Positions 28,858 through 37,699 of a stretch of 64,000 bases of DNA are shown here, piece by piece. The position numbers and the translations under genes are program-made. Source of the stretch: an uncultured virus (IMG/VR IMGVR_UViG_3300001784_000008) (Duplodnaviria; Heunggongvirae; Uroviricota; Caudoviricetes); IMG/VR virus record IMGVR_UViG_3300001784_000008; one strand, given 5' to 3'. The notes under the pieces are model-generated. The model worked only from the letters and a program-made list of their open reading frames with translations. It was not told the origin of the DNA and did no database searches. Every line of letters begins with the position of its first letter. Position 1 is the stretch's first letter.

Positions 28858-30036
28858 TTACCCTGCCTTTATCTCACCATGAGGAACCATAACCCAGTCG
28901 ATATGATTACTTGTATAGATCTTCGTTGATTTAGCATCGCTGTGTGCCATCCTGGCCTGAGGGTCGATTCCCTGACTATCAAATAGGTGTGCAGCAAGAG
29001 CCCTTATCTCGTGAAATGTTGGCCGTTCTTCCATTGGCAAATGGTCACATAACCCAAGCTTGTCACGTAGGGCGGAGAACGAACGGCTTAGATAATCTGG
29101 CGCTACTTGGGTAGGGTGCGAAACCTCTTTACTGCGTTTGTTATTTCTCTCCGGTATACGGTGCACAACGTAAGGGCTTGCGACACTATCTCTGCTGTCT
29201 TCAATAATTCTTTTCAACTCCTCCCCAATAGGGATCGCTACGTGTGATGCCTCTTTCTTCTGCACCTTTTGCCGGTGGATATATAACGTTCCGTAGATAC
29301 CATTTTCAGGATGTTCAACCCATACACATCCACACACTCCGTTTTTTGGTTCTTTAATTGAATATTTAATTCTGGAAACCTCAAGGCGTGCATGTGTTGT
29401 TTGAAGCGCCAGATCCATTGCAGTTCTTAACCATGTTTCAGCTGCATTTCTAATAGCAATAAAAATATCGAATGCAAGGCGCTTACGTTTCTTCTCATCA
29501 ACCCTTCGCATTTTTTTACGGCTTGCCGGGTTATCCATCATTAACGATTCATCTACTGCGTATGAGAATAGTTTTTTTAGAAAACTGACTTTGCGGTTCT
29601 GAACGTTAGCGGATGAGTCGGAATGGTACCGGTTAATAAACTGGTTAACATGCTCAAGTTCAATGTCACAGGAAGAGATATCAACGAAATATTCTTTCAC
29701 CCTGATCGCGTCATTACGCCAGTCTTCCAGGGTGCTTTGTGATGGTTTTTCATCTGCAATAGCGCGAGACATTATTCTGTCAACATGCTCTGCAAACGGT
29801 TTAGCTTCACCATTAAAGCCGCCAGAGTCCCGGATTAAGCTCTCAACAGATGGTGCTGTCTCTGGGCGCATTCTCAGGTTGTACTCTTTTGCTATAGCTA
29901 TGGCCATAACACGGTCGGTACCAATACTTTTACGTTTCCCAGTTATGAGGGTAAAGCGATACTGACCCGTAGCTTTATCGAAAAGCAGGAAGTCAGGGAG
30001 ATTTCTATTCTCCCTTTTACGTGGTCTTGCGGCCAT
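28858..30036 (-). CDS. int: Tyrosine integrase
   Basis: MAARPRK arm-binding N-terminus; R (THAR), HEIR, H (AHS), Y (KIY). Confidence 0.95.
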   Translation of the reverse strand: MAARPRKRENRNLPDFLLFDKATGQYRFTLITGKRKSIGTDRVMAIAIAKEYNLRMRPETAPSVESLIRDSGGFNGEAKPFAEHVDRIMSRAIADEKPSQSTLEDWRNDAIRVKEYFVDISSCDIELEHVNQFINRYHSDSSANVQNRKVSFLKKLFSYAVDESLMMDNPASRKKMRRVDEKKRKRLAFDIFIAIRNAAETWLRTAMDLALQTTHARLEVSRIKYSIKEPKNGVCGCVWVEHPENGIYGTLYIHRQKVQKKEASHVAIPIGEELKRIIEDSRDSVASPYVVHRIPERNNKRSKEVSHPTQVAPDYLSRSFSALRDKLGLCDHLPMEERPTFHEIRALAAHLFDSQGIDPQARMAHSDAKSTKIYTSNHIDWVMVPHGEIKAG

Positions 30037-30037
30037 G

Positions 30038-30247
30038 TTAATCCTCTTGAATTAACCGACGAACCATCTCACTGACCATTGAATCAACTCCCCACTTTTC
30101 CGAAGAGCTGACCAGGATCGCGCCATCAACTATACGGCCCTGAAGTTTGCCGTTTTCTATCCAGCGCTTGATAGTTCTATTATCTGGTAATGAGCCTGCT
30201 TCAAACTCTCGTTTTTTCCACTGGCTCGCCTTCATCAACTTGGCCAT
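30038..30247 (-). CDS. xis: Excisionase-like protein
   Basis: Small basic wHTH-like (RTIKRWIENGKL) directly upstream of int. Confidence 0.75.
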   Translation of the reverse strand: MAKLMKASQWKKREFEAGSLPDNRTIKRWIENGKLQGRIVDGAILVSSSEKWGVDSMVSEMVRRLIQED

Positions 30248-30282
30248 GCGTTTCTCTCCACTTAACCGGCTGCACCCGGTAT

Positions 30283-30549
30283 TTATTTATAGAACACACA
30301 CGATGAACACCCACCTCTGAGTCCATCATTGCATGTGAGACATCTTTTTGTTTCAGTACGGTAAAGCTGGTTGACCATTTCCTTAGGCATAAGAACCGGC
30401 ATCGGCACGCGGATAACCAGCTTACGGAGCCTGTCTATTTCGACTGCGTGCTCCATCGCGATATCTTTCCAGTCCTGCGCTTCTGCTTTCCACCATGCTA
30501 AATCGACTTTGTGGCGGCGCGAGCGACGCTGTTTGAGTTTACTGGTCAT
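30283..30549 (-). CDS. Eaa-like early hypothetical protein
   Basis: VIRVPMPVL, C-terminal CxxC pairs; part of coupled early-left run. Confidence 0.65.
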   Translation of the reverse strand: MTSKLKQRRSRRHKVDLAWWKAEAQDWKDIAMEHAVEIDRLRKLVIRVPMPVLMPKEMVNQLYRTETKRCLTCNDGLRGGCSSCVFYK

Positions 30550-30854
30550 GGTTGTGCCCAGTTATCTTCGATTGCCACCCCCAGACGATGAAGCCAGTCT
30601 GCAAGTTTCAACATAGACTCTCTGTCGCTCAGCCCACTGGGGAAATCGTCCAGTGCGACTACAGGTTTAAATGCTCCATGACGGTCGCGCTCTACGGTAA
30701 CGTATTGTTCCAGGGTTGTTTTGCTAACGCTGGATGTGTGCCTTACGAGATACTTTGAGGACCTGTCATGCGCACCGGGGTCATATTTGTACTCAACAAG
30801 TGTCATGCTGCTGCGCCGTGAGTCTATGCCGAGGAAGTCGAGCAAGTTAGCCAT
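30546..30854 (-). CDS. Hypothetical early protein
   Basis: GGAG RBS; overlaps neighbour. Confidence 0.65.
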   Translation of the reverse strand: MANLLDFLGIDSRRSSMTLVEYKYDPGAHDRSSKYLVRHTSSVSKTTLEQYVTVERDRHGAFKPVVALDDFPSGLSDRESMLKLADWLHRLGVAIEDNWAQP

Positions 30855-30855
30855 A

Positions 30856-31386
30856 TCACTCTCCTTTACCGGCTGCGGCGGCGCGTTCAGCTTCGCTTTG
30901 TTCCCAGAACCAGCGGTGAAGGTTCATGAGTTCTTCGTCGAGAGGAGCGTATTTACGGTCAAAGTAGGCCTGGGCATCTTTCTCCGATTCGTCAGGCAGT
31001 TCGCCTGGACCAAACAGCGTGTTATAAATCCATGCCAGGCCATTTTTAGCGTCGCCAGTACCCTGCCATTCGATGATTGCAGCCTGCATTACCAGAATGT
31101 TTTTGCCGATTAACAGGTCCAGTTCTTTGTAGCGATTGCGGATATATGCATTGTCGCTCTCCAGCTCAGCAATCTGCTTATCTTTGGCTTCCAGCTCATC
31201 CAGCAGCGCCAGCACGGTTTCCGGTCCAGTGAGAAGATTGAATGCATTCGCAGCGTCAACATCACCATCGACGTTCAGCAGCGCCTCATCAAACAACTCA
31301 TCGTTTGGCATCATCAGCAGGCGTTTCATCGCTGGTAATGCCTTCTCCGCCGCCTCGCGTAATGCGCGTTTGTCGATGTTGCTCAT
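30856..31386 (-). CDS. Ead/Ea22-like protein
   Basis: MSNIDKRALREAAEKA...PETVLALLDELE. Confidence 0.8.
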   Translation of the reverse strand: MSNIDKRALREAAEKALPAMKRLLMMPNDELFDEALLNVDGDVDAANAFNLLTGPETVLALLDELEAKDKQIAELESDNAYIRNRYKELDLLIGKNILVMQAAIIEWQGTGDAKNGLAWIYNTLFGPGELPDESEKDAQAYFDRKYAPLDEELMNLHRWFWEQSEAERAAAAGKGE

Positions 31387-31619
31387 TTTTTAAGCTCCAT
31401 ATCCGTAGTTATGGCCCGTACAATCGGCTCACCAACAAACCGCATATCTCTTCCTCCTAACGCACCACTGATTCGACGCTTTGCCTCAACAAGTGCCTGG
31501 CGATACACCTGATCAATCTGGCAATCAGGCCCCCAAGAGCCAACATTTGAAATCTGGATAGTGAGCGTTACCGTCGCTCCAGTGGTCGTTCTTACTTTTG
31601 GTTTGTCGATGTTGCTCAT
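31383..31619 (-). CDS. Hypothetical early protein with duplicated MSNIDK start
   Basis: Flanked by 20-bp direct repeat; ATGA overlap with the next gene. Confidence 0.6.
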   Translation of the reverse strand: MSNIDKPKVRTTTGATVTLTIQISNVGSWGPDCQIDQVYRQALVEAKRRISGALGGRDMRFVGEPIVRAITTDMELKK

Positions 31620-31626
31620 TGGGCGG

Positions 31627-31971
31627 CTAGTCATTCCAGGCCTCCAACTCGTTCTGAATCTCTTCGTCGATTTCCTCTGTTGTGACTAAACAGCAGAGGT
31701 GCGCGTAGGCCTTACGTTTGTACTCTTCGCGATGCTTGCTATACCACTCTGCAAATTCAGGTGACCAGCCATAGGTTGAACCGGTCCTATCCATTCGCGC
31801 CATATCTTCAGCAGTGCGTTCAATCATGCAATCTGCGGTTGTCAGAGCGCATTCACGGATATAGCCGCGCAGGTCACGCTTACGCCAGTACGGACTGTAT
31901 TTAGAATCGCAGCGGCCTTTAAATTCAACTTCCCAGCGACGAATGCAACGTGAATTAAGTGACTTGCTCAT
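31627..31971 (-). CDS. Hypothetical early protein
   Basis: AGGAG RBS; ATGA overlap. Confidence 0.7.
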   Translation of the reverse strand: MSKSLNSRCIRRWEVEFKGRCDSKYSPYWRKRDLRGYIRECALTTADCMIERTAEDMARMDRTGSTYGWSPEFAEWYSKHREEYKRKAYAHLCCLVTTEEIDEEIQNELEAWND

Positions 31972-32429
31972 GACTGCACTCCTTTGCGAATTTGGTCGGC
32001 GAACTCACGCACACTGGTTTCACTGGCGCTGATGTTCATGCCAGATAAGTGATCTGCAAACATCTCCACACCGCTGGCCCGCACTTCAGCCAGGAAAGCG
32101 TCAGTCGCTGGGGTTTCAGGTTCGATGGCTTCAAGTACGGCACGAATAACATCGGTATCGTTCTCCACCCATGACCATTCGCTTGTCTCATTCCAGTCGT
32201 GGTCCATGATGGCTGTTTCAGTGAATGCTTCGACTGCCGCGTCTGGGATTACCTCAGGATTTAATGCAGCCTTCAGCCCCGCATTCTCCGCAGCCAGCGC
32301 CGCGCATCTGGCTTCTGATTCAGCCAATTTATTGCGCAGACCATCAGCACAGTCATGCGCGCCGCTGCGACCTCTCTGAAAAGAAAATCCACAGTCGCAA
32401 TAAAAAACATTATTTTTTTCGGTAATCAT
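31968..32429 (-). CDS. Ead/Eae-like early protein
   Basis: LAAENAGLK and ETPATDAFLAEVRASGVEMFA motifs. Confidence 0.75.
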   Translation of the reverse strand: MITEKNNVFYCDCGFSFQRGRSGAHDCADGLRNKLAESEARCAALAAENAGLKAALNPEVIPDAAVEAFTETAIMDHDWNETSEWSWVENDTDVIRAVLEAIEPETPATDAFLAEVRASGVEMFADHLSGMNISASETSVREFADQIRKGVQS

Positions 32430-33253
32430 GATGTTTCTCCATGACGCTGTGCGGCGATAGCTTTGTGCTCATCGATAATTTGAAGGACTTCTGCATGGGC
32501 CAAACCTTCGAGAGAGATAACGCCTGTGTCACTTATCCCGGCCAGGCTAATCAGTTCAACAAGGCGACGCGCTTTCTTAACGCTAATTTCTGGCGCTATA
32601 ACGCTGCGGGTAACTTTCTTCTTACCTTTGGCAGCAGCAGAAGCTTTATCTTTCTGAAGAACCTCACCGGCCTTTTCGCCGAACTCTTTTACCCGGTCCA
32701 CAGCTACATCTACTGACACGGTACCGGACTTAACTTCCCGCTGTACATCGTGGTTAGCGGTGCTTAGTAGCAGAAGTTTTTCAACAGTCGGCACAGATTT
32801 GTTGACCAGTTTTGCGATCTCGCTGGTGGTCTGGTTGAAGGCGTTATGCAGCTCCTGAATAACTGCTGCCTGTTCCATATCGGAGAGTGGCAGCTGGTTA
32901 TTACTGGTCATGATGCGATCCAGGCGCTGAACATCGTTACCGTTGAACGGCATGATGTGAATGCGGTCCACTGGCTTTCCAGCTTCAGCACAGCGTGCAT
33001 AGCAGCGACGACGGCGGTGACCTTCAACAACCCACACGCCACCCTCATCGCGAGCGATAACTTCCAGCGGGGGAACAGAACCACCGTTCACCAGATAGTT
33101 GAACAGGTCATCATCTGCCTGGCGGGTGCGTTCGTCGTCCTCACGCTTGTTAAAACCTTCACGAACGTGGATATCGGAAAGAGCGATAAACATCCCGGTA
33201 TCGGTACGCTTAATCAGGCCTGACGTGGTCATTTTCTTGAATGAGTTAGCCAT
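32426..33253 (-). CDS. ParB/Srx-like domain protein
   Basis: VREGFNKR, VPPLEV, VVEGHRR; HTH TSEIAKLVNKSV. Confidence 0.8.
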   Translation of the reverse strand: MANSFKKMTTSGLIKRTDTGMFIALSDIHVREGFNKREDDERTRQADDDLFNYLVNGGSVPPLEVIARDEGGVWVVEGHRRRRCYARCAEAGKPVDRIHIMPFNGNDVQRLDRIMTSNNQLPLSDMEQAAVIQELHNAFNQTTSEIAKLVNKSVPTVEKLLLLSTANHDVQREVKSGTVSVDVAVDRVKEFGEKAGEVLQKDKASAAAKGKKKVTRSVIAPEISVKKARRLVELISLAGISDTGVISLEGLAHAEVLQIIDEHKAIAAQRHGETS

Positions 33254-33612
33254 TAGAGAGTGACCTCATTATTCAGGGAAATGACGACACGAGGCAGCTC
33301 ACGGAGTTCTCGCTGAGCTTCCAGCAGGTGCATGTTGGTAGGCGTTTTGGTGTGGCGCTCTTCGATGCGGTAACACTCTTTGGCCCAGCTGGCAACATCA
33401 TCACGCAGTGTGACGTTCTGCTCAGCCAGTTCTTTACGTTGAGCCAACGCTTCACACAGCGCAACGCTGGTAACATCAAGGCGTGTAGCCAGTTCGTTAA
33501 CCATCCAGCCGTAAGCGGCAGGAAGGAGAGGGACGGCCTTACGAGCTGCGTCAATAAGCTGCTCTCTGGTCATGCGTGGTTGTAACTCGGTGACGTTCTG
33601 TGTGTTCGTCAT
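33253..33612 (-). CDS. Hypothetical early protein
   Basis: MTNTQNVTELQPRMTREQL; GGAG RBS; TAATG coupling. Confidence 0.7.
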   Translation of the reverse strand: MTNTQNVTELQPRMTREQLIDAARKAVPLLPAAYGWMVNELATRLDVTSVALCEALAQRKELAEQNVTLRDDVASWAKECYRIEERHTKTPTNMHLLEAQRELRELPRVVISLNNEVTL

Positions 33613-33670
33613 GGATAGTTTCTCCGTGTTATATGCGCTCTGCACAGCGCTAAATTCTTGGCCTTACAAC

Positions 33671-33926
33671 TTAGAAGAGGCCACCTTGGTCTTTAGGGGA
33701 GGTTCGTTTCCGCCTGGTAACTTCAGCCTTTGAAACCTGTTTGTCTGCCCAGGCTTTTGCGTGCCTCATTACATCGTCGAAAATCGCACCCTTCTTACTG
33801 GCCTGTGACATGCGCTTATATAAATCAAGTGCTTGCCATGCCCCCCCCCTGAGCCACCGAAGAGGAAAAGCCTTGCTTAATCAGCTGTTCCCTCACGTTT
33901 TTCTCAATAAATTCGAGGTGGTTCAT
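33671..33926 (-). pseudogene. 84-aa ORF broken by a G9 tract
   Basis: GGAGG RBS, MNHLEFIEKN...AQGG; removing one G restores AWQALDLYKRMSQASKKG...GGLF*. Confidence 0.7.
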
Positions 33927-34574
33927 CAATCCTCCAGTGGAAATATCCGCTGAATTTTGGTTGCACTAATCCCTCGCCAGATGACGACAAAAAATAAAGG
34001 GATTTCGTTTTAGTAAGCACCCAACCAGGGCACTTAGTGAAACGGGCGGCTGCAACCGCCTGTTAGCTTCTCCACAATTGGGAGCGCGTTCACCTGAGTT
34101 GATTTAACGACTGCGGCCTCTCAGAAAAAAATGCCGAACGCGCTTTCAGTTGTGTAAAATGGGCGGTCGACATTAAGGACATTCACAACTGCCGACCGCC
34201 AAGACTACACACAGCATCTGGTACAGCTACTNCNGGTNTACCACGNTGGCTACGTGATTAGGNNGTNGCCGGTAACNAGCCGGNGATTTCCNGCCTNTTC
34301 TTTGCTTCAGGTGCCNGGCTGGAAATNTNNTNCNNCNACGGAAAGAGCACTGCCTGAGATGGATATTNNNGCCCAGGTGTGAAACGCAANCANCAGTGCT
34401 NTTACCTGTTATGGCCTCGTCTCTTCCGAGGTGTCACACCGTATCGCCGCGATGGTGAATCGCTGGTTCGTGCATATGAAACGAGGCTTGCACATTCCGG
34501 CTACCCGCTGGATCGGGATACTGCCTAAGGAATCCCCGGACCGCTGCGGCACATGTGCCATATGCCGGTGAACT

Positions 34575-34618
34575 AAATATGTACCAATAGTTCAATAATG
34601 TAAAGTACCAAAAGTACA
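34575..34618 (-). promoter_or_regulatory. pL-like promoter with operator repeats
   Basis: TTTACA-17 bp-CATATT on minus strand; TGTAC-N5-GTTCA and AGTAC-N5-GTACA match oR repeats. Confidence 0.65.
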
Positions 34619-34754
34619 CTCAATGTGTAAAACAACGCAACGTATTGTAAATTAACATGTTTTATTTATTTAAATACAAATGATGCGATTTAAAAACACC
34701 ACAAAGAGGAATGGGCATGGAATGTGATGAACTGCAGATGATCGGGTAGCCTTC

Positions 34755-34922
34755 ATGGCTGGAGAAGTTGGGTGTGTGGTGTTCGAGCTGGTTTACAATG
34801 GGATTGAAATCAACAAGGACAACATCGTGGGATTTCTGGAAGGGAAGCGTAAAGCTGTCGGGAACGTGATTCACAAGGGATTATTACGGGATGCTGCTGA
34901 GTACGTGCGGAAAGGGCAATAA
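34755..34922 (+). CDS. Small hypothetical protein, possibly 5'-frameshifted
   Basis: MAGEVGCVVFELVYNGIEINKDNIVGFLEGKRKAVGNVIHKGLLRDAAEYVRKGQ*. Confidence 0.45.
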   Translation: MAGEVGCVVFELVYNGIEINKDNIVGFLEGKRKAVGNVIHKGLLRDAAEYVRKGQ

Positions 34923-34944
34923 AAAACCCGGTACAATGGCCGGG
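34921..34944 (-). terminator. Terminator closing the cI-linked transcript
   Basis: CCCGG-CCATTGTA-CCGGG-T run on minus strand. Confidence 0.7.
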
Positions 34945-35256
34945 CTATTTAATGAAATATCTTGAGAAGACAGCTATCAGAACGGTTATGACCAATGCGG
35001 TTATGATCTTCCAGGTCTGTGCATTAAGCTCTTTATGAAGTTCAGTCTTAACAGATTGTATGTCTTCTTTGGTGGCAAGTTTATCTTTAATGATTGCAAC
35101 ATCAGTAACGAGTGTCGCAACCTTACCTTCAAGTTCTTTCACTCTTTGCAGCATATCGTCACCTCCGCCATCGCCTCCGCCATAGTTATTAGTATGGTGC
35201 ATGGAGTTAGCGTCTTCAACGGGTTTCTTTGTCAAGATATTTACTGGTTGGGCCAT
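34945..35256 (-). CDS. Coiled-coil protein with C-terminal membrane anchor (DUF1640-like)
   Basis: RVKELEGKV...LATKEDI...ELHKELNAQTWK plus hydrophobic tail. Confidence 0.7.
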   Translation of the reverse strand: MAQPVNILTKKPVEDANSMHHTNNYGGGDGGGDDMLQRVKELEGKVATLVTDVAIIKDKLATKEDIQSVKTELHKELNAQTWKIITALVITVLIAVFSRYFIK

Positions 35257-35258
35257 TG

Positions 35259-35720
35259 TTAATCCGTCTTACTCATTTCAGTAGGTAGCCAATTCTTAGC
35301 TAAAACGAAATGGCATTCATGCTGGTCAAGTAGCTCCCTGTCAGCGTCAGTAGCACCCCCCGTATAGAGCAGCACTCTAATCGTGTATAGGCCTTCTTCT
35401 TGAACATCGATGGCAGAAATCAGTGTTATGGTTGTTGAGATAAAATCATCTCTATCGGAAACAGCCGGAGATAATAACCTGGAATCAACAGCTGGCCTGT
35501 TATCGGGTATTAAAGATATTCCATCGAATATCACATCAACGTCGAAGCTGTAACTTCTTATAGTGTTAAGGATTAGTCCAGCAGATACGTAGAAAGAAAG
35601 CTTGCTCGGAAGCTCGGCTACCTGCATTCCTATCTCAGGAATGAATGGCCCGTTGGCAGAAAGTCCAGGCTTTAAAAAAGTCGGGTAGGCGAATGATATT
35701 TTCGGATAGTCTTGCTTCAT
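35259..35720 (-). CDS. Hypothetical protein downstream of cI
   Basis: 153-aa ORF 24 bp after cI stop; beta-rich pattern. Confidence 0.7.
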   Translation of the reverse strand: MKQDYPKISFAYPTFLKPGLSANGPFIPEIGMQVAELPSKLSFYVSAGLILNTIRSYSFDVDVIFDGISLIPDNRPAVDSRLLSPAVSDRDDFISTTITLISAIDVQEEGLYTIRVLLYTGGATDADRELLDQHECHFVLAKNWLPTEMSKTD

Positions 35721-35744
35721 TATTCGCTTCCTACTCAGGTTTTA

Positions 35745-36452
35745 TTAAAGCTTGTTATAAGCTATCGACTCGTGGATCAGAGCCTTGCCCATGATATACA
35801 GCTGATCCTGTGTCTCTTCAGTCACATACCAATCTTTGTATGCAGGGTTATCTGATAGCACAGCCAGCTGTAAGCCCTGCATCTGCAACCGTTTTACGTG
35901 GAAGTGTTGGCCGAACACAAACGCATAAACGCCATCCACCTTAAAGTTTCTTACTGAGACGTCGAAGAATAGACGGTCACCAGACCGTATCGTTGGATTC
36001 ATACTGTCCCCATCCACCGTCATTACCTTCACATCATCCTGAGAGCGATTGCCGAATAGTGATCGGGCGTGCTCGGTGGTGAACTCAATAGCATGCAGAA
36101 CTTCTACAAACTCAGAAATCATGAACGAGCCTGGCCCTGCACTAACAGTCAGGTCAAGAACGTCGACGCGGTAAACATCATTGGCAATGCTGGCTTGTCT
36201 TTTGATAATTCCATCCTCAGAAGAGTCACCCAACAGGTAAGTTGCAGACGTGCCGAGAAAAGCTGCTAATTCCTGCAACTTTCCACGCCTTGGTATTGCT
36301 TCCCCGTTAAACCATTTGCTCACAGCTTTAGGTGTTAGCTTCATTTTCTTGGCAATTTCTGCCTGTCGACCATGAACCTGAAAACCAGCTTTTTCACAGG
36401 CCAGCGCTAGCCTTTTGGAGAAGTCTTGTCGCGCTTTTTCCTCATGAACCAT
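35745..36452 (-). CDS. cI: CI-like repressor (HTH plus S24 peptidase)
   Basis: QAEIAKKMKLTPKAVSKWFNG; SAG cleavage site; GDSM; VKRL. Confidence 0.93.
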   Translation of the reverse strand: MVHEEKARQDFSKRLALACEKAGFQVHGRQAEIAKKMKLTPKAVSKWFNGEAIPRRGKLQELAAFLGTSATYLLGDSSEDGIIKRQASIANDVYRVDVLDLTVSAGPGSFMISEFVEVLHAIEFTTEHARSLFGNRSQDDVKVMTVDGDSMNPTIRSGDRLFFDVSVRNFKVDGVYAFVFGQHFHVKRLQMQGLQLAVLSDNPAYKDWYVTEETQDQLYIMGKALIHESIAYNKL

Positions 36453-36516
36453 GAGTTCAATAATAGGTGTACTTGCGTGAACTATCAGTTCCGTCATAAT
36501 ATGTACTTTAAGTTCA
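36445..36516. promoter_or_regulatory. oR-like operator triplet and pR
   Basis: TGAAC-CATGA-GTTCA, TGAAC-TATCA-GTTCC, TGTAC-TTTAA-GTTCA; TTGCGT...CATAAT. Confidence 0.75.
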
Positions 36517-36531
36517 TAAAGTGAGGTTCAT

Positions 36532-36783
36532 ATGCAAGAGGAAAAACTCCCAACTCTTACGGAAGCCATCAAGGAGATTGGTGTCATTACGATCTCTTCT
36601 GCTTGCGGATGCAGCGCTCGTTCCATCTACAAATGGATGAAAAAAGGTAGCCTACCTCGTACAGATTTTACTGGCGAGACCAATTACGCGGAAAAAATCG
36701 CTTTAGCCTCCAAGGGAAAATTCTCAAAGGAATTAATCAAAGCGATCAGTCGTCCCCAAAAGGCTACAGATTCAGCTGCTTGA
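36532..36783 (+). CDS. cro: Cro-like regulator
   Basis: Divergent from cI; ARSIYKWMKKGSLPRTDFTGETNYA. Confidence 0.85.
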   Translation: MQEEKLPTLTEAIKEIGVITISSACGCSARSIYKWMKKGSLPRTDFTGETNYAEKIALASKGKFSKELIKAISRPQKATDSAA

Positions 36784-36808
36784 AAGTAACTACAAAAGGG
36801 AAATCAAC

Positions 36809-37279
36809 ATGGTAGAGGCAAGTCTGAAAGAAGTAGTTAAAGCGATGTGCAAAGCATACCCAGGAGGCCGTGAGGCTATGGCTGGTGCTATTGGCATGTC
36901 CGTAACTCAGTTCAATAACAACCTGTACGAAAAGAACGGATGTCGCTTCTTTGAAGTGAACGAGTTGGAAGCGATGGAGGATATTTCAAACACCTCACTC
37001 CTGGCTGATTACTTTGCCCATCGTCGTGGCGCTCTGCTGGTGGACGTTCCGCAACTGGAAGACCTCGATCGCGTTGACCTGTTTACCCGTGCAATGAGAA
37101 CTGCCGCTGCGCGTGGACGCGTAGACATGATTATCCAGAAAGCGCTTGAGGATGGAGTAATCGAATCATATGAAGCTGAAGAAATTAATGAGTATCACCG
37201 CCGTCACCTGGCAGCGCGTGAAGAAGAAATCCGCGCGATTGTCGCGCTGTTTAGCCGTAAGAAAAGCCAAAAAAAGTGA
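36809..37279 (+). CDS. YmfL-family (CII-position) regulator
   Basis: AMCKAYPGGREAMAGA, FNNNLYEKNG. Confidence 0.75.
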   Translation: MVEASLKEVVKAMCKAYPGGREAMAGAIGMSVTQFNNNLYEKNGCRFFEVNELEAMEDISNTSLLADYFAHRRGALLVDVPQLEDLDRVDLFTRAMRTAAARGRVDMIIQKALEDGVIESYEAEEINEYHRRHLAAREEEIRAIVALFSRKKSQKK

Positions 37280-37340
37280 CGCCCGCGAGTGTGCAGCTCC
37301 GGGCGTCTTGGCGTGTCGTATTCAGTGGAGAAACTAACGC

Positions 37341-37679
37341 ATGAACAGTTTAAACCGATTGAGACCAGCGAAGCAATTCAGATGCCTTCCACTGGTGGGA
37401 AAAGACTCCCCGTTCGGCTATGTGGAGAGATTAAACGACCAGGCTGAAGCGAACAACTACCAGTCTGAGAACGCGATGGTAGAGGCTTTTGCTCTGATGA
37501 ACGAGAAGGGGCGTGAGGAATGGCTGAAGTTGACCGGTGATTCAGAGACCACAGAGGAATCACAGTCCACGTCATCAGATGGGAGCCCGAGACTCGACGC
37601 GTTATATACCTTCGCGAAGGGTACGATCATGAGTGCTTCAGCCCTCTTGAACAATTCCAGCGTAAATTTACAGAGTTAA
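37341..37679 (+). CDS. Hypothetical protein
   Basis: GGAG RBS; overlaps DUF4222-like frame. Confidence 0.5.
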   Translation: MNSLNRLRPAKQFRCLPLVGKDSPFGYVERLNDQAEANNYQSENAMVEAFALMNEKGREEWLKLTGDSETTEESQSTSSDGSPRLDALYTFAKGTIMSASALLNNSSVNLQS

Positions 37680-37699
37680 AGGACGACCATGAGCACTAA
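37520..37699 (+). pseudogene. DUF4222-like gene with nonsense codon
   Basis: MAEVDR*FRDHRGITVHVIRWEPETRRVIYLREGYDHECFSPLEQFQRKF; TGA at 37538-37540. Confidence 0.65.

Noticed and set aside
34414..34475. HK022 put antiterminator
   Set aside because: Hairpins are present but do not match the put sequence as I recall it
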